Assembly (NCBI GenBank): GCA_002708695.1
Contig: PAOZ01000012.1
Location: forward strand, 4,280-68,279
DNA length: 64,000 bases
Direction: 5' to 3'
Source: Methanobacteriota archaeon
GTDB taxonomy: Archaea > Thermoplasmatota > Poseidoniia > Poseidoniales > Thalassarchaeaceae
The position numbers and the translations under genes were made by a program. Positions 1 through 9,335 of the stretch are shown in pieces. The notes below the pieces were generated by a model. That model was given only the letters and a program-made list of their open reading frames with translations, had not been told where the DNA came from and searched no databases. Position 1 is the stretch's first letter, and each line of letters starts with the position of its first letter.

Positions 1-1
1 G

Positions 2-904
2 GATGTGGTGACTCCACAAGAAGCACAGATTGCCGAAGATGCAGGAGCTACTGCTGTAATGGCACTTGAACGAGTTCCTGCAGATATTCGGTCAGATGGA
101 GGAGTTGCTAGAATGAGTCATCCAGATATGATTCGCGGAATTATGGAAACTACATCAATTCCAGTTATGGCAAAAGCCAGAATTGGACACGAAGACGAAG
201 CACGAGTTTTAGAAATTCTAGGAGTCGACATGATAGATGAATCAGAAGTCCTTACTCCTGCTGATCCATTTTTCCATATTGCAAAGAAGAATTTCACTGT
301 TCCTTTTGTTTGTGGTTGTACAAATATGTCAGAGGCTGTACGAAGAATTGTAGAGGGAGCCGCTATGATTCGAACGAAAGGTGAAGCAGGTACTGGAAAT
401 GTTGTTTCTGCTGTCCAACATGCTAGACTACTTAATGCGGAAATGGAGTTCACTAGAAATAATCCGGAAATGCATTCAAAAATTGTGGATTCAGTAATTG
501 CCCCATTCAAGCGTTTAGAAGAGATTTCGGAATTTCACCAACTTGATTTAGCACTAGAGAATACTCCGTTTGGTACTATTGAAGAATTGAAACAAGAAAT
601 AGAACAAATTGTTTCACAAATTGCTTCAATAAATCGACTACCTGTTGTAACATTTTCAGCAGGAGGAATTGCTACTCCGGCAGATGCAGCATTGATGATG
701 AGACATTCGATGGATGGAGTATTTGTGGGGTCAGGTATCTTCAAGTCATCAGACCCATCAAGGACTGCGGAAGCAATAGTTTTAGCCGCCCACCACCATA
801 ATGATTCATCTAAGGTAGAGGAAGCTTGTAGAATGGCAGGAACTCCAATGCCAGGATTAGAAATTGAAACTCTGGATGTCAGAATGGACAAAAGAGGCTG
901 GTAA
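2..904 (+). CDS. pdxS: Pyridoxal 5'-phosphate synthase lyase subunit PdxS (5' end cut by window edge)
   Basis: The ORF is open to the window start. The translation [30 protein letters not shown]...[11 protein letters not shown]...[10 protein letters not shown]...[11 protein letters not shown] matches the conserved PdxS/SNZ barrel core. Confidence 0.9.
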   Translation, partial: DVVTPQEAQIAEDAGATAVMALERVPADIRSDGGVARMSHPDMIRGIMETTSIPVMAKARIGHEDEARVLEILGVDMIDESEVLTPADPFFHIAKKNFTVPFVCGCTNMSEAVRRIVEGAAMIRTKGEAGTGNVVSAVQHARLLNAEMEFTRNNPEMHSKIVDSVIAPFKRLEEISEFHQLDLALENTPFGTIEELKQEIEQIVSQIASINRLPVVTFSAGGIATPADAALMMRHSMDGVFVGSGIFKSSDPSRTAEAIVLAAHHHNDSSKVEEACRMAGTPMPGLEIETLDVRMDKRGW

Positions 905-906
905 TT

Positions 907-1152
907 TCAATCCAATGGATGGTCTACACCAATTTCTCCAAGGACCCAACGTAAGGTTTTCACAACTCCTTCAAGAGCCTTGTAATTTCTAGCCGCTTCT
1001 TTCATTCCTTCTCTGTCACCATCACTCTTACATTCTTCAAACCAAGCACGCCATTCGCCAGCTCGTTCTTCAGCGAGTTCAAGCATTTCCTCTATCTCTT
1101 CCCAAGACCGATCATAGGTCCTCTCTGGCCCATCCGCTCCTGTCATGACCAT
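907..1152 (-). CDS. Small acidic helical hypothetical protein (81 aa)
   Basis: ORF only, with W/E-rich helical sequence. No family recognised. Confidence 0.4.
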   Translation of the reverse strand: MVMTGADGPERTYDRSWEEIEEMLELAEERAGEWRAWFEECKSDGDREGMKEAARNYKALEGVVKTLRWVLGEIGVDHPLD

Positions 1153-1214
1153 TGCCCATACACCGCCCTATTTATTTCAAACGCCGTTTGACAATATAAA
1201 AAAGAGACAAAATT

Positions 1215-2207
1215 CTACTTATTTACCCTAGTTCGACGAACGACTCCTGAGCGAGATCGTTTCCTTTTACTAGACGTCCTATCTGGATTTTCGCTTTGTT
1301 TCGGTCTAGAACCACCGAGTGTAATACTTCCTCCGGATAGTAAACTCTCTGCAATAGATTCTGCTAAATCCTTATTCTGATCTGGAGTGCTTCGAGATTT
1401 CCTTACTGATTCATTATGATCGGTAATCCATTTCTCCGCTTCTAATCTCTGCTCATTTAATTGGTCTCTAATTTCATTCACTTCTGATAAAAGTTCAGTA
1501 AGTTGCTGATGAACAGCATCTGCTTGTTCTCTAGCCTCCAACATTGAATGATGATGTCTATCTGCTTCTGCAGAAAGTTGATCTCTATCTTCAAACATTA
1601 TCTTGATTGAATCCCACATTTCATCGGCCAATTTCATTGCCTCTACAAATGCCTGATGGGCTGCATCTGCTTCTGCTTTCAAAGAAATAATGGACCCTTC
1701 AATATCTTCCAAATCAACAGTGATTCTGGCTTCTTCTTCGACATCTGGAAGAAGTTCCTGCCTCTTAGCTTCGAGATCCTTGAGTTTCTTTACCATCTTG
1801 TTCTCGGCTTCTAGACTAAGTGTTCCATCTGTCTCTATTCTATGGCTAATTCGCTCAATATCTCCAACGGTTTCTGCCAATTGAACAACTTTTGATTTTG
1901 CCTTATTGTGGTGCCTTCTTCCTGCCTTAGAACGCTCTATAAGAATTCGAACTTGTTCTTGAATGCCATCACGACGGGTTCTTTGAAGATTCATCTTATC
2001 TCGAACTAACTTCTGTTCAGCCATACGATCGTCAATCTCGGACTGAATTTCCTTTCTCTGAGATTGTACTGCATTCCTTTTTGAAGCAAAAGATTTTGCA
2101 GAATCACTATGTGAATTACGTGCTAACTTCAGACGTTTTAATTTAGTCTCCATCGCATGCAGCCTCTGCTGCAACTCAGGATCTGTAACGTCATCCGCGT
2201 CCGTCAT
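1215..2207 (-). CDS. Archaeal coiled-coil protein (COG1340-like) with basic C-terminal tail
   Basis: 330 aa of heptad-like K/E/R/Q-rich sequence. It has an internal 'ETDGTLSLEAENKMVKKLKDLE', a C-terminal 'LLSGGSITL' motif and then the tail SSKRKRSRSGVVRRTRVNK. Confidence 0.65.
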   Translation of the reverse strand: MTDADDVTDPELQQRLHAMETKLKRLKLARNSHSDSAKSFASKRNAVQSQRKEIQSEIDDRMAEQKLVRDKMNLQRTRRDGIQEQVRILIERSKAGRRHHNKAKSKVVQLAETVGDIERISHRIETDGTLSLEAENKMVKKLKDLEAKRQELLPDVEEEARITVDLEDIEGSIISLKAEADAAHQAFVEAMKLADEMWDSIKIMFEDRDQLSAEADRHHHSMLEAREQADAVHQQLTELLSEVNEIRDQLNEQRLEAEKWITDHNESVRKSRSTPDQNKDLAESIAESLLSGGSITLGGSRPKQSENPDRTSSKRKRSRSGVVRRTRVNK

Positions 2208-2248
2208 CGAATTTCGGACTAGGGTTGAGGTTTTGAATTAGTTGTCAA

Positions 2249-3901
2249 TCAAAATCCACCAAGGAAACCCAAAATTGGCAAAATAAGTAGCCATAATATT
2301 GCTGCGCCTCCAGTACAAATTGAAATAAATCCTGCCCACCATCTTAGTCTTCGTAACATATCATATTGGATTTGGACTGTTGCGACTTTGCCACTAAGCA
2401 AATTTCCAGACTTATCCTCTAAACGCACTGTAACTGTAGCTTCCCCAGTTTGTCTTGGCAACAATGTTTGCCAAATAAACCTAGATTCTTGGAATAAATC
2501 CCCCATGTACGATTTTACGGCAGCAGGAGAATCTGGGAGTGACATTTTTTCAATGGAACCAGGGGGCAAATGGAGACTATAATGAGTTTCAGTAGGGCTA
2601 AAGTCTGGAGTCTGGATTCTGACCACTAACTCTTTTTCATTCATAGTACCATTATGGATGAATGTAAACAAATGGGCTTCTCCGTCTTCAATCAGATTCT
2701 TGATATCTATATCAAACCATAATCCACCTGGAGGGCGCTTTCCTTCACTGATATCCATTGCATTGTGAAGTATCCTGTCATGTAACCGAAAGTAAGGAGT
2801 GACTCTATTTCTAGCATTATCGATTAATTTCTCCCAAGTCTCTCCCCAAGATTCATCGTCGTAACCCCTCATTTTCTCTATTCCTTCATGCGAAAGTATT
2901 GACTGTAAAGCAAGATTTACATCCTCTCTCCTTAATCCACAATGCTGCTCAAGGTATAAGAGGTGGAGAATTCTTTCTTGCATCTCAAGTAAACTATTTC
3001 CTTCAATTATATCTTGCGAAAGACCGCTCATAAAATCTGATAATTTAGCAGATAATAGTGGATCAACATATGTTCCTATTACATCTCGAAAAGGGAATTC
3101 TAACAAAGCAGGATGTACAGGTGGACTATAAATTCCAAGAAGACCATACGGATTTACGGAATTAAAATTCGGACGTAGTGAAAGCAAATGAGCCCCATAA
3201 CCAATCAACAAAGATGCTGTCCCAATAGTCATTAATGTTCTACCCAATGTTTCTCCAGATTCTAAGAAGTCAGAAAACAAAATAGACGCAATCAAAAATA
3301 TGATAGAGAAAAATACCAATATCGCAGTGAGAATGTGTTGCTGATGTACTGATTTTATTGTACCTATCAAAGCAGAATGCCCATGAACTGCGCGAAAATC
3401 TTGGCCATCTACTTCCCTTAGATCTGTTTCTATTCTAACGCCATTCAATGTTGACTTAATTTTTCTAATTGTAATAAATAATGCAACAAGATATGTGAAA
3501 AGAACAACAATCGACAATATGCCAATCACAATACTAAATTGAAAATCTTCATGGACAAAATTTGACCACCACATTGGAGATTGATTCCGAAACGTCCGAG
3601 ATAAAGCAATCAAGAGAACGGAAAGAACCGGCAAGATATGTAGTAATCTAAGTCCAGTAGAAAGAAATTTTTCATCGATTCCTTTCCATCTCTTTTCTTC
3701 AAGAAGTGCAGAGTCTCGTAGTTTTTCTAGTGAAGACTCTGATTCTTCGTTAGCAGTAATCAATGGTTGTAATTCTTCACTTTGGACTGAACCTTGATTC
3801 ACATTCTCAACAATTTCATTTTCCTCAATTGGAAGTTCGCCCTCAACTTCTAATTCTTCGGATTTTTCTTCGCCATCAATGTCATTGGCGCCGTCATCCA
3901 T
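2249..3901 (-). CDS. Multi-pass membrane protein with acidic N-terminus, function unknown (550 aa)
   Basis: Long ORF with an E/D-rich N-terminal region of about 70 aa, several hydrophobic helices in the middle and at the extreme C-terminus, and a soluble domain of about 250 aa between them. Confidence 0.6.
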   Translation of the reverse strand: MDDGANDIDGEEKSEELEVEGELPIEENEIVENVNQGSVQSEELQPLITANEESESSLEKLRDSALLEEKRWKGIDEKFLSTGLRLLHILPVLSVLLIALSRTFRNQSPMWWSNFVHEDFQFSIVIGILSIVVLFTYLVALFITIRKIKSTLNGVRIETDLREVDGQDFRAVHGHSALIGTIKSVHQQHILTAILVFFSIIFLIASILFSDFLESGETLGRTLMTIGTASLLIGYGAHLLSLRPNFNSVNPYGLLGIYSPPVHPALLEFPFRDVIGTYVDPLLSAKLSDFMSGLSQDIIEGNSLLEMQERILHLLYLEQHCGLRREDVNLALQSILSHEGIEKMRGYDDESWGETWEKLIDNARNRVTPYFRLHDRILHNAMDISEGKRPPGGLWFDIDIKNLIEDGEAHLFTFIHNGTMNEKELVVRIQTPDFSPTETHYSLHLPPGSIEKMSLPDSPAAVKSYMGDLFQESRFIWQTLLPRQTGEATVTVRLEDKSGNLLSGKVATVQIQYDMLRRLRWWAGFISICTGGAAILWLLILPILGFLGGF

Positions 3902-3966
3902 GATACTCTGACATTCAATCTAACCAAGAAGATTCTCGATAAATCCAAGTAAAGGTGCCTTTTTTT

Positions 3967-4632
3967 TTAGTCAATCAATCTAACCATCAATCGAATACTA
4001 TCACCCCATATGATAGAATTTTCAGAAATAATTGGCCCATTCTCCGAATTATACATCTTGGCACCAGGTATCACTCCGGCAGATTCTAAGGCAGGTATTT
4101 CATCCGGATTAGAAATTACCAATACAACCTCAAATGTTGATCCAATTGGTACATCCTCAAATGAAATAATTGGATTAGCCGAGGATTCTTGCATTTTTCT
4201 CCCGATAACTGGAATTTTTATCCCATCTTGAGTTTTCGAAGGATATCCAAGAGTACGATCAATTGCAGATTCAACAATAGAATCAATTCCATGTTCCATT
4301 CGACATGCAATTTCGGATACATCTTCTTGAATTCCCAATACGGAAGATAAAAAAATTTCAAGCAACAGTTGTCTTCTCTTTACCCTCGCTCCATGATGAA
4401 ACCCAGACGGGGTCAATCTACATCCTTTGTATGGAATATAAGTGACAAGATCTCGAATAGCGAGTCTTTGAATCATTTCGGTAACCGACGCAGAGCTTAC
4501 ACCCATTAATTCTGCCAACTGAGAGGTTCTAACTATTGCATCAGGAGAATGATCGTGCACCTCAAAAATCCTTTTGATGTACATTTCTTCAAATTCTGTA
4601 ATATTCTCCAAATTATCCCTCCAATGCTTCAA
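3967..4632 (-). CDS. Metal-dependent transcriptional regulator, DtxR/MntR/IdeR family
   Basis: Winged-helix N-terminus (TSQLAELMGVSSASVTEMIQRLAIRDLV), a dimerisation/metal-binding helix region (RRQLLLEIFL...CRMEHGI) and a C-terminal SH3/FeoA-like domain. The start overlaps the upstream gene by 20 nt. Confidence 0.8.
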   Translation of the reverse strand: MKHWRDNLENITEFEEMYIKRIFEVHDHSPDAIVRTSQLAELMGVSSASVTEMIQRLAIRDLVTYIPYKGCRLTPSGFHHGARVKRRQLLLEIFLSSVLGIQEDVSEIACRMEHGIDSIVESAIDRTLGYPSKTQDGIKIPVIGRKMQESSANPIISFEDVPIGSTFEVVLVISNPDEIPALESAGVIPGAKMYNSENGPIISENSIIWGDSIRLMVRLID

Positions 4633-6151
4633 ATTCTGACCGACAAGCAGGGCATCGTGCTGTAACAGGACGCTTAGAAAGAGGGACTTTCAAGATTTGA
4701 CCACAACTTGGGCAATCTAGTAAATCTTCCTTGCTCTTTGATATCAATGATTCTGACAACGAATCGTCACTTGAAATATCATCAACTATTTCTAAAGTTT
4801 CAGAAATCGTATCTTCATCCTGATTTTTTTCAATGTCTACGGAAAATTCAGTAGAACATGGAGGAGCACAACGAGCCCTACCTGAATAAGATTGAGGAAT
4901 TAACAAAGCACGATTACATTCTGGACAGTTTACTTCCCTCTTATCTTCTGATTTATCTTTAATTTTCGTAGTTTTTTCTACTTTCCTAGATCTCTTTGTT
5001 GAAACGGATTTATTTCTTCCATTGTTTACGGATCTAATTGCAATTGCTAATAATAAACCAATTATACTCCCGATGCCTATTATAATCCAAGGAAATTCTT
5101 CTGTTGAACTTGAAACAACATTATTGGAAATTACTGAATTATCATATTCGGAGATCAGAATATCAGAATACCATTGAGCACGGATATCTACGGGATTACC
5201 TTCAGGCCATGATCCAACAGATAAGGTCTGTAATGATTCAGAACCACTTTGAACAGAAGGAGATGTTAATTCGGCCAATACTATTCCTGAAGCAGAAGAA
5301 ATAATTCTCACACTACCAGAATTAATTGGATCAGTACCTGTATTTGATATTCGAATATCAATACTAACAGAATCACCAACTGTAGGAACACTAGGAGATA
5401 TTGAGATAATCTCAATATCTCCAGAAATTATTGGAGAAGTTACGCTAACTTCATCATATGAAAAGTCTGATGAAACCCATTCAATTGGAATTGCTCTAAT
5501 GGAAACTGAAGAAATGATTGGAGAGCCAAGAGATAAGGAGAAATGTCTGATACCTGGTGTCAATAGTGAATCAAAACTTTGTAGTAGTTGCGAATTAGAC
5601 CCTGAATGACCCATTATTTCTATAGAAACTTCTCTACTTCTTCCTTCACTCAAAATCGTTCTAAATGAAACATCAAGCCCATCTGCAGATGTCCAAACTG
5701 TTTCAACAATTTCAACATTCAAATCTTGAGGCTCATCAATGGAAATTTGTGAAGTTCCTGAAAGGTTTTCTGAAACGGAAGAATCATTGGAAAGAACTTC
5801 CCAAAATACGTCAATTAAGCCAATTCCAGAAAGAGGGAAGAGAGCAAGAACTTCTCTACTTGATCCTGGCTCGATAACCACCTCTTCTCCGAAATATGTC
5901 TGGTTGGATGAATTTAAACTCAAGAATACAGTACCACTCACCTCTCCCTCATTATGAATTAGAGTAGAAAAAGTAACTGTATCTCCTTGATGGCCTGGAA
6001 GACCAATGACTGCAACCCCTCCACTACCTGCAGTAACCATTGACCCAGAAGATGCCGAAATAGTAGTAGCAAATCCAGGCAACAATAGAAGAGCGATGAG
6101 AATACTCAATACACCCTGTCGTGCCATACCTTCCATCACATATAGGCCCAT
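4613..6151 (-). CDS. Single-pass surface protein (CARDB/Ig-like ectodomain) with a cytoplasmic tail carrying two zinc-ribbon repeats
   Basis: N-terminal signal/anchor (VLSILIALLLLPGFATTISA), beta-rich ectodomain, TM helix (WIIIGIGSIIGLLLAIAI), Lys-rich linker, then CPECNRALLIPQSYSGRARCAPPCSTEF and CPSCGQILKVPLSKRPVTARCPACRSEF. Confidence 0.65.
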   Translation of the reverse strand: MGLYVMEGMARQGVLSILIALLLLPGFATTISASSGSMVTAGSGGVAVIGLPGHQGDTVTFSTLIHNEGEVSGTVFLSLNSSNQTYFGEEVVIEPGSSREVLALFPLSGIGLIDVFWEVLSNDSSVSENLSGTSQISIDEPQDLNVEIVETVWTSADGLDVSFRTILSEGRSREVSIEIMGHSGSNSQLLQSFDSLLTPGIRHFSLSLGSPIISSVSIRAIPIEWVSSDFSYDEVSVTSPIISGDIEIISISPSVPTVGDSVSIDIRISNTGTDPINSGSVRIISSASGIVLAELTSPSVQSGSESLQTLSVGSWPEGNPVDIRAQWYSDILISEYDNSVISNNVVSSSTEEFPWIIIGIGSIIGLLLAIAIRSVNNGRNKSVSTKRSRKVEKTTKIKDKSEDKREVNCPECNRALLIPQSYSGRARCAPPCSTEFSVDIEKNQDEDTISETLEIVDDISSDDSLSESLISKSKEDLLDCPSCGQILKVPLSKRPVTARCPACRSEFEALEG

Positions 6152-6220
6152 GATAGGTATTACTATGATATCACTAACTTAGGGTTACTTTATGCAAGGT
6201 CATCGTATCGTCGTGGTAGA

Positions 6221-6664
6221 ATGCATGAGGAATACGAACTACTTCTGAATTTGACGCCTGAAGAAATGGCGACTCAGATTCTAGCAAAAAGGCGTCTTCT
6301 TGCTGATCAAATATCTATCATTATTCCAGATTTAGAAGACTCTGTAGAAAGGTTACAACAAGAGTACGAAGAAATTTTTCCGCGATACAGAGAAATCGAT
6401 AATCAAAAAGAAAGGAAGAATTCGGAAATTATATCTAATTTTAAAACAATAAGAGAAAAATTGAGAAATGAAAAAAAATCACTCGAGGCCGCAATTAGAA
6501 TCTCTAAAGAGTCTGATAGTGCAGTAGCATATTGGACAAAGCGAGTCAATGAAGGGATGGGAGAATTGGATTCAGAACATCCTGACTTGCTACGATTTTC
6601 TAAAGCGGTCCGTTCTGGGGAAAAATCACGTGCAGGGATAAAAAAGATGCAGAAAAATAAGTGA
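6221..6664 (+). CDS. Coiled-coil protein with basic tail (147 aa)
   Basis: Heptad-rich E/K/R sequence ending in RAGIKKMQKNK. It is followed 9 nt later by the next coiled-coil gene in the same frame. Confidence 0.5.
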   Translation: MHEEYELLLNLTPEEMATQILAKRRLLADQISIIIPDLEDSVERLQQEYEEIFPRYREIDNQKERKNSEIISNFKTIREKLRNEKKSLEAAIRISKESDSAVAYWTKRVNEGMGELDSEHPDLLRFSKAVRSGEKSRAGIKKMQKNK

Positions 6665-6673
6665 GGAATAGAA

Positions 6674-7660
6674 ATGACTAGACGAGGAGGAAGAAGAGAT
6701 TTTCTTTTCGATGATTTAGTTAATTTATCCCCAATTGATATAGAAAATATACATTTAAAATTGAAGAAAAATTTTGCGACAAAAGAAGCAATACGAGAAG
6801 AAAAACAAGCAGAAAGAAAACAACTCTTAGATTTTGTAAAAGAATTAAGAAATTTGTTATTGGCCCCTTCTAGAGGTCCTGAGATTTCAGAATTAATTTC
6901 GAAATTACAAATCGAACAATCCAACAAAAATGCTGCAGAGAAGTTAAGAGATGAGATTAATGAGAGAGTGCCGCCAAAACAAAATCAGATTATTAAGTCC
7001 TTAAAAGATCGACATAAACTACTTTGGACAATAAGTAATAAAATGATAGAGATTCCATCACTTGAAGAAGAAATTGAACTTTTTGAAAGTTTTTTTGAGT
7101 ATCAAGCAATGTACGAAGTAAAGATTCAAGCTACTGAGCAAGAGGAAATCTGGAGAGAGGCTTCTAAACAAATTAAGAAAATTTTTGATGCAATAAAGAA
7201 ATTTGAACTAGAAGGCATAGACGAAACAAAATTATTACAATTAAAAGAACAATTTCCAGAACAAAATATTATTGGATGGGAAACAGTAGAAATAGCCTCT
7301 AATCAAATTGCTGAATTAGAAAAATGGTCTGAAGAATGGAGAAGGGATAAAAGATCAGAACATAAAGAAATACAACGAATAGAAGCTTTTCTAAGAATTA
7401 CTGAAGAAGAAAAAAGGAAAGAATCCCTAAAAATCAAATCAGAAGAAATTCGAGAGAAAGTAGAAACTGGAGGAACGCTCAGTTTAGATGATCTTTCGGC
7501 TCTAATCTCAACTGGAGAAATAAGTAAAATCTCAGAACCTAAAATAAAAAATACAGCGAAGGATAAAACAAATAAAAAGGTGAAAAAACAAAAATCTAGT
7601 ACAAAAAGAGGTGCCTTGCGTTCAAAAAAAGAATCAAGTAAACACGGCGGAAATGATTGA
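6674..7660 (+). CDS. Archaeal coiled-coil protein (COG1340-like), Lys-rich tail
   Basis: 328 aa coiled coil with a GAGGA about 8 nt upstream of the ATG. It has the C-terminal motif 'ETGGTLSLDDLSALISTGE' followed by the tail KNTAKDKTNKKVKKQKSSTKRG. Confidence 0.65.
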   Translation: MTRRGGRRDFLFDDLVNLSPIDIENIHLKLKKNFATKEAIREEKQAERKQLLDFVKELRNLLLAPSRGPEISELISKLQIEQSNKNAAEKLRDEINERVPPKQNQIIKSLKDRHKLLWTISNKMIEIPSLEEEIELFESFFEYQAMYEVKIQATEQEEIWREASKQIKKIFDAIKKFELEGIDETKLLQLKEQFPEQNIIGWETVEIASNQIAELEKWSEEWRRDKRSEHKEIQRIEAFLRITEEEKRKESLKIKSEEIREKVETGGTLSLDDLSALISTGEISKISEPKIKNTAKDKTNKKVKKQKSSTKRGALRSKKESSKHGGND

Positions 7661-8116
7661 ATGATTAATCCAAAATGGGTCATGAAATCTCCTCCAATTA
7701 CAACTCATCTTTCAAATGAGATTGCATCTATTCTAAGAAACACCACTGGAGAACATCTTGTTGGAGAAAGAATTTCTATACTCCCACTAGCAGAAAATGG
7801 AATCATATTACTCTTAGAAAACGAAATCATCCTAGGCGCTTTGCTTTGGATGAAAATTAACCCTAAAACTGCAAGAATTTTGGGTTTTGGAATACACACT
7901 CAATTACAGGGAAATGGTCTAGGAAGTGAATGCTGGGACATTTTTCTAAAAGAAATTATTCGACAAGAGATGAATAAGATTACTCTTGAGGTAAGACAAT
8001 CAAATACTCGGGCCATTAATTTCTATAGGAAAAAGGGACTTACCCCAAAAGGATGGATAGAAGACTATTATCTACATGAAAAAGGGATTCTAATGGAATT
8101 ATCAAATCTGAATTAA
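7661..8116 (+). CDS. GNAT family N-acetyltransferase (RimI-like)
   Basis: Acetyl-CoA motif A 'QLQGNGLGSECW' and C-terminal 'AINFYRKKGLTPKGWIEDYY'. The ATG directly abuts the stop of the upstream gene. Confidence 0.75.
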   Translation: MINPKWVMKSPPITTHLSNEIASILRNTTGEHLVGERISILPLAENGIILLLENEIILGALLWMKINPKTARILGFGIHTQLQGNGLGSECWDIFLKEIIRQEMNKITLEVRQSNTRAINFYRKKGLTPKGWIEDYYLHEKGILMELSNLN

Positions 8117-8163
8117 TATTCAAAACATATCATTTATTGAATGATAAGATATACAACGTATTC

Positions 8164-8532
8164 ATGATTGACCGGTTAATGGATGATCTTGCATCAAGAG
8201 AAGAGATTTCTTGGACTTGTTTAGTTAGCGACGATGGAATACCTATTCGAATTAGGCCAGGGGTTCTTTCAACACCAGAAGCAGCAGCAGCTCTAGTTGA
8301 ACAAACTATTGCAAGAGCCGAAGAACATCTGATAGGAAATGGTTTGGAGAGAATGAGTTTAATTGGTGAAGATGGGACAATTGTATTGGTTCGAGTAGGA
8401 GAATCTCATGTTCTAATTTCATGTGGGAGAGACATTAGAGGGCATGGTACCGTCAGACATACTACCACTGAAATAGCCCAGCGAATGAAATCAATAATTG
8501 CATCAGGAACTAATCAAACAAAGGACCAATAA
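8164..8532 (+). CDS. Roadblock/LC7 (MglB-like) domain protein
   Basis: Pattern 'WTCLVSDDGIPIRI...TPEAAAALVEQTI...ERMSLIGEDGTIVLVRVGESHVLISCG' fits the Roadblock/LC7 alpha-beta-alpha fold family. The first in-frame ATG is used here; the ORF track starts at a TTG at 8137. Confidence 0.55.
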   Translation: MIDRLMDDLASREEISWTCLVSDDGIPIRIRPGVLSTPEAAAALVEQTIARAEEHLIGNGLERMSLIGEDGTIVLVRVGESHVLISCGRDIRGHGTVRHTTTEIAQRMKSIIASGTNQTKDQ

Positions 8533-9193
8533 TCTCTAATCCAGTTTGTCCAACTTGTACTGCTTGTTTTTCCATACTATGGCGAATATGTCTCATTTTT
8601 TCTACTTGAAGGGTTCGAACAATCTGACCATTTCTTAAGTCAACTCCCATTTTCAAAATAGCATCCGCAAGAAATCCTTCATTTCCTTCTAATTCTGCAT
8701 TTTGACCAGAATATCTTTCAGTAATTATGAAAGTATACAGTCCTTGTAACCGAAGGAAATCGAAAAAATCAAACATTCTTTTTCTCATTTCTTCATCTAC
8801 AGTTGTTAAACTGTATATCGCACCTAGGGAATCAAGAACAAAAACACGGAAATTGTCTCCTTCTTTCTGTTTGAAATGCTCAATCATTTTCCGAGTAAAT
8901 TTGAGATAATCCATATTTTGATTATCTTTTCGAAGTTCTGTAAAATCTGTAATTTGGAGGCTCCTTGGCAACCTAATTCCTAATGAACGGGTGCTTTTTT
9001 GTAAACTTGCAACAGTTTCTTCAACGGTGCAATATAATCCAAAACCACCTTGGTTGGCTAAATGATTTGATATCATAGTCATGCAAAAACTAGACTTCAT
9101 TGACCCTGGGGGTCCAGTAACCAGAGTAAGATACGGCGCCTCGACATCTCTTTCTAAGACTCTATTCATTCCTGCGATACCTGTGAGAAACAT
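8510..9193 (-). CDS. KaiC/RadA-like RecA-superfamily ATPase (single domain, COG0467-like) with deviant Walker A
   Basis: 'GIAGMNRVLERDV..YLTLVTGPPGSMKSSF' (P-loop), 'YCTVEET', Walker B 'VFVLDSLGAIY' and 'TFIITERY'. Convergent 23-nt overlap with the Roadblock gene. Confidence 0.7.
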   Translation of the reverse strand: MFLTGIAGMNRVLERDVEAPYLTLVTGPPGSMKSSFCMTMISNHLANQGGFGLYCTVEETVASLQKSTRSLGIRLPRSLQITDFTELRKDNQNMDYLKFTRKMIEHFKQKEGDNFRVFVLDSLGAIYSLTTVDEEMRKRMFDFFDFLRLQGLYTFIITERYSGQNAELEGNEGFLADAILKMGVDLRNGQIVRTLQVEKMRHIRHSMEKQAVQVGQTGLEIIGPLFD

Positions 9194-9335
9194 GACTCCA
9201 ACTCATTATAACGTGGAAACATGTTAGAGATAACCCTGCCGCAAATCGTCGAAGCAGTAATTCGTTTAACAAGGGTCTTGCTTATATCCCGTAAGCGATT
9301 CGGTAGAATGCTGGGCTTAATCCTTGGGTGATCAA

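Noticed and set aside
3958-3968. T8 run next to the DtxR gene stop, considered as an archaeal oligo-T terminator.
   Set aside because: The run is T on the + strand, whereas both flanking genes are on the - strand, where it reads as an A-run. It therefore cannot serve as their terminator.
6152-6220. Possible DtxR/MntR operator (TAAC-ttagg-GTTA) upstream of the membrane-protein/DtxR operon.
   Set aside because: There is only a 4-bp inverted repeat with poor resemblance to the 19-bp DtxR/IdeR box. It is not distinguishable from chance in AT-rich DNA.
6662-6676. ORFs 6221-6664 and 6674-7660 are in the same reading frame, separated only by one TGA plus 9 nt. This could mean stop-codon read-through, selenocysteine, or a pseudogenised single gene.
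   Set aside because: The first ORF ends with the same kind of basic tail that terminates two of its paralogues (1215-2207 and 6674-7660). The second has its own GAGGA ribosome-binding site and ATG. A same-frame arrangement has a 1-in-3 chance. No SECIS-like hairpin was noticed. Two adjacent genes is the simpler reading.
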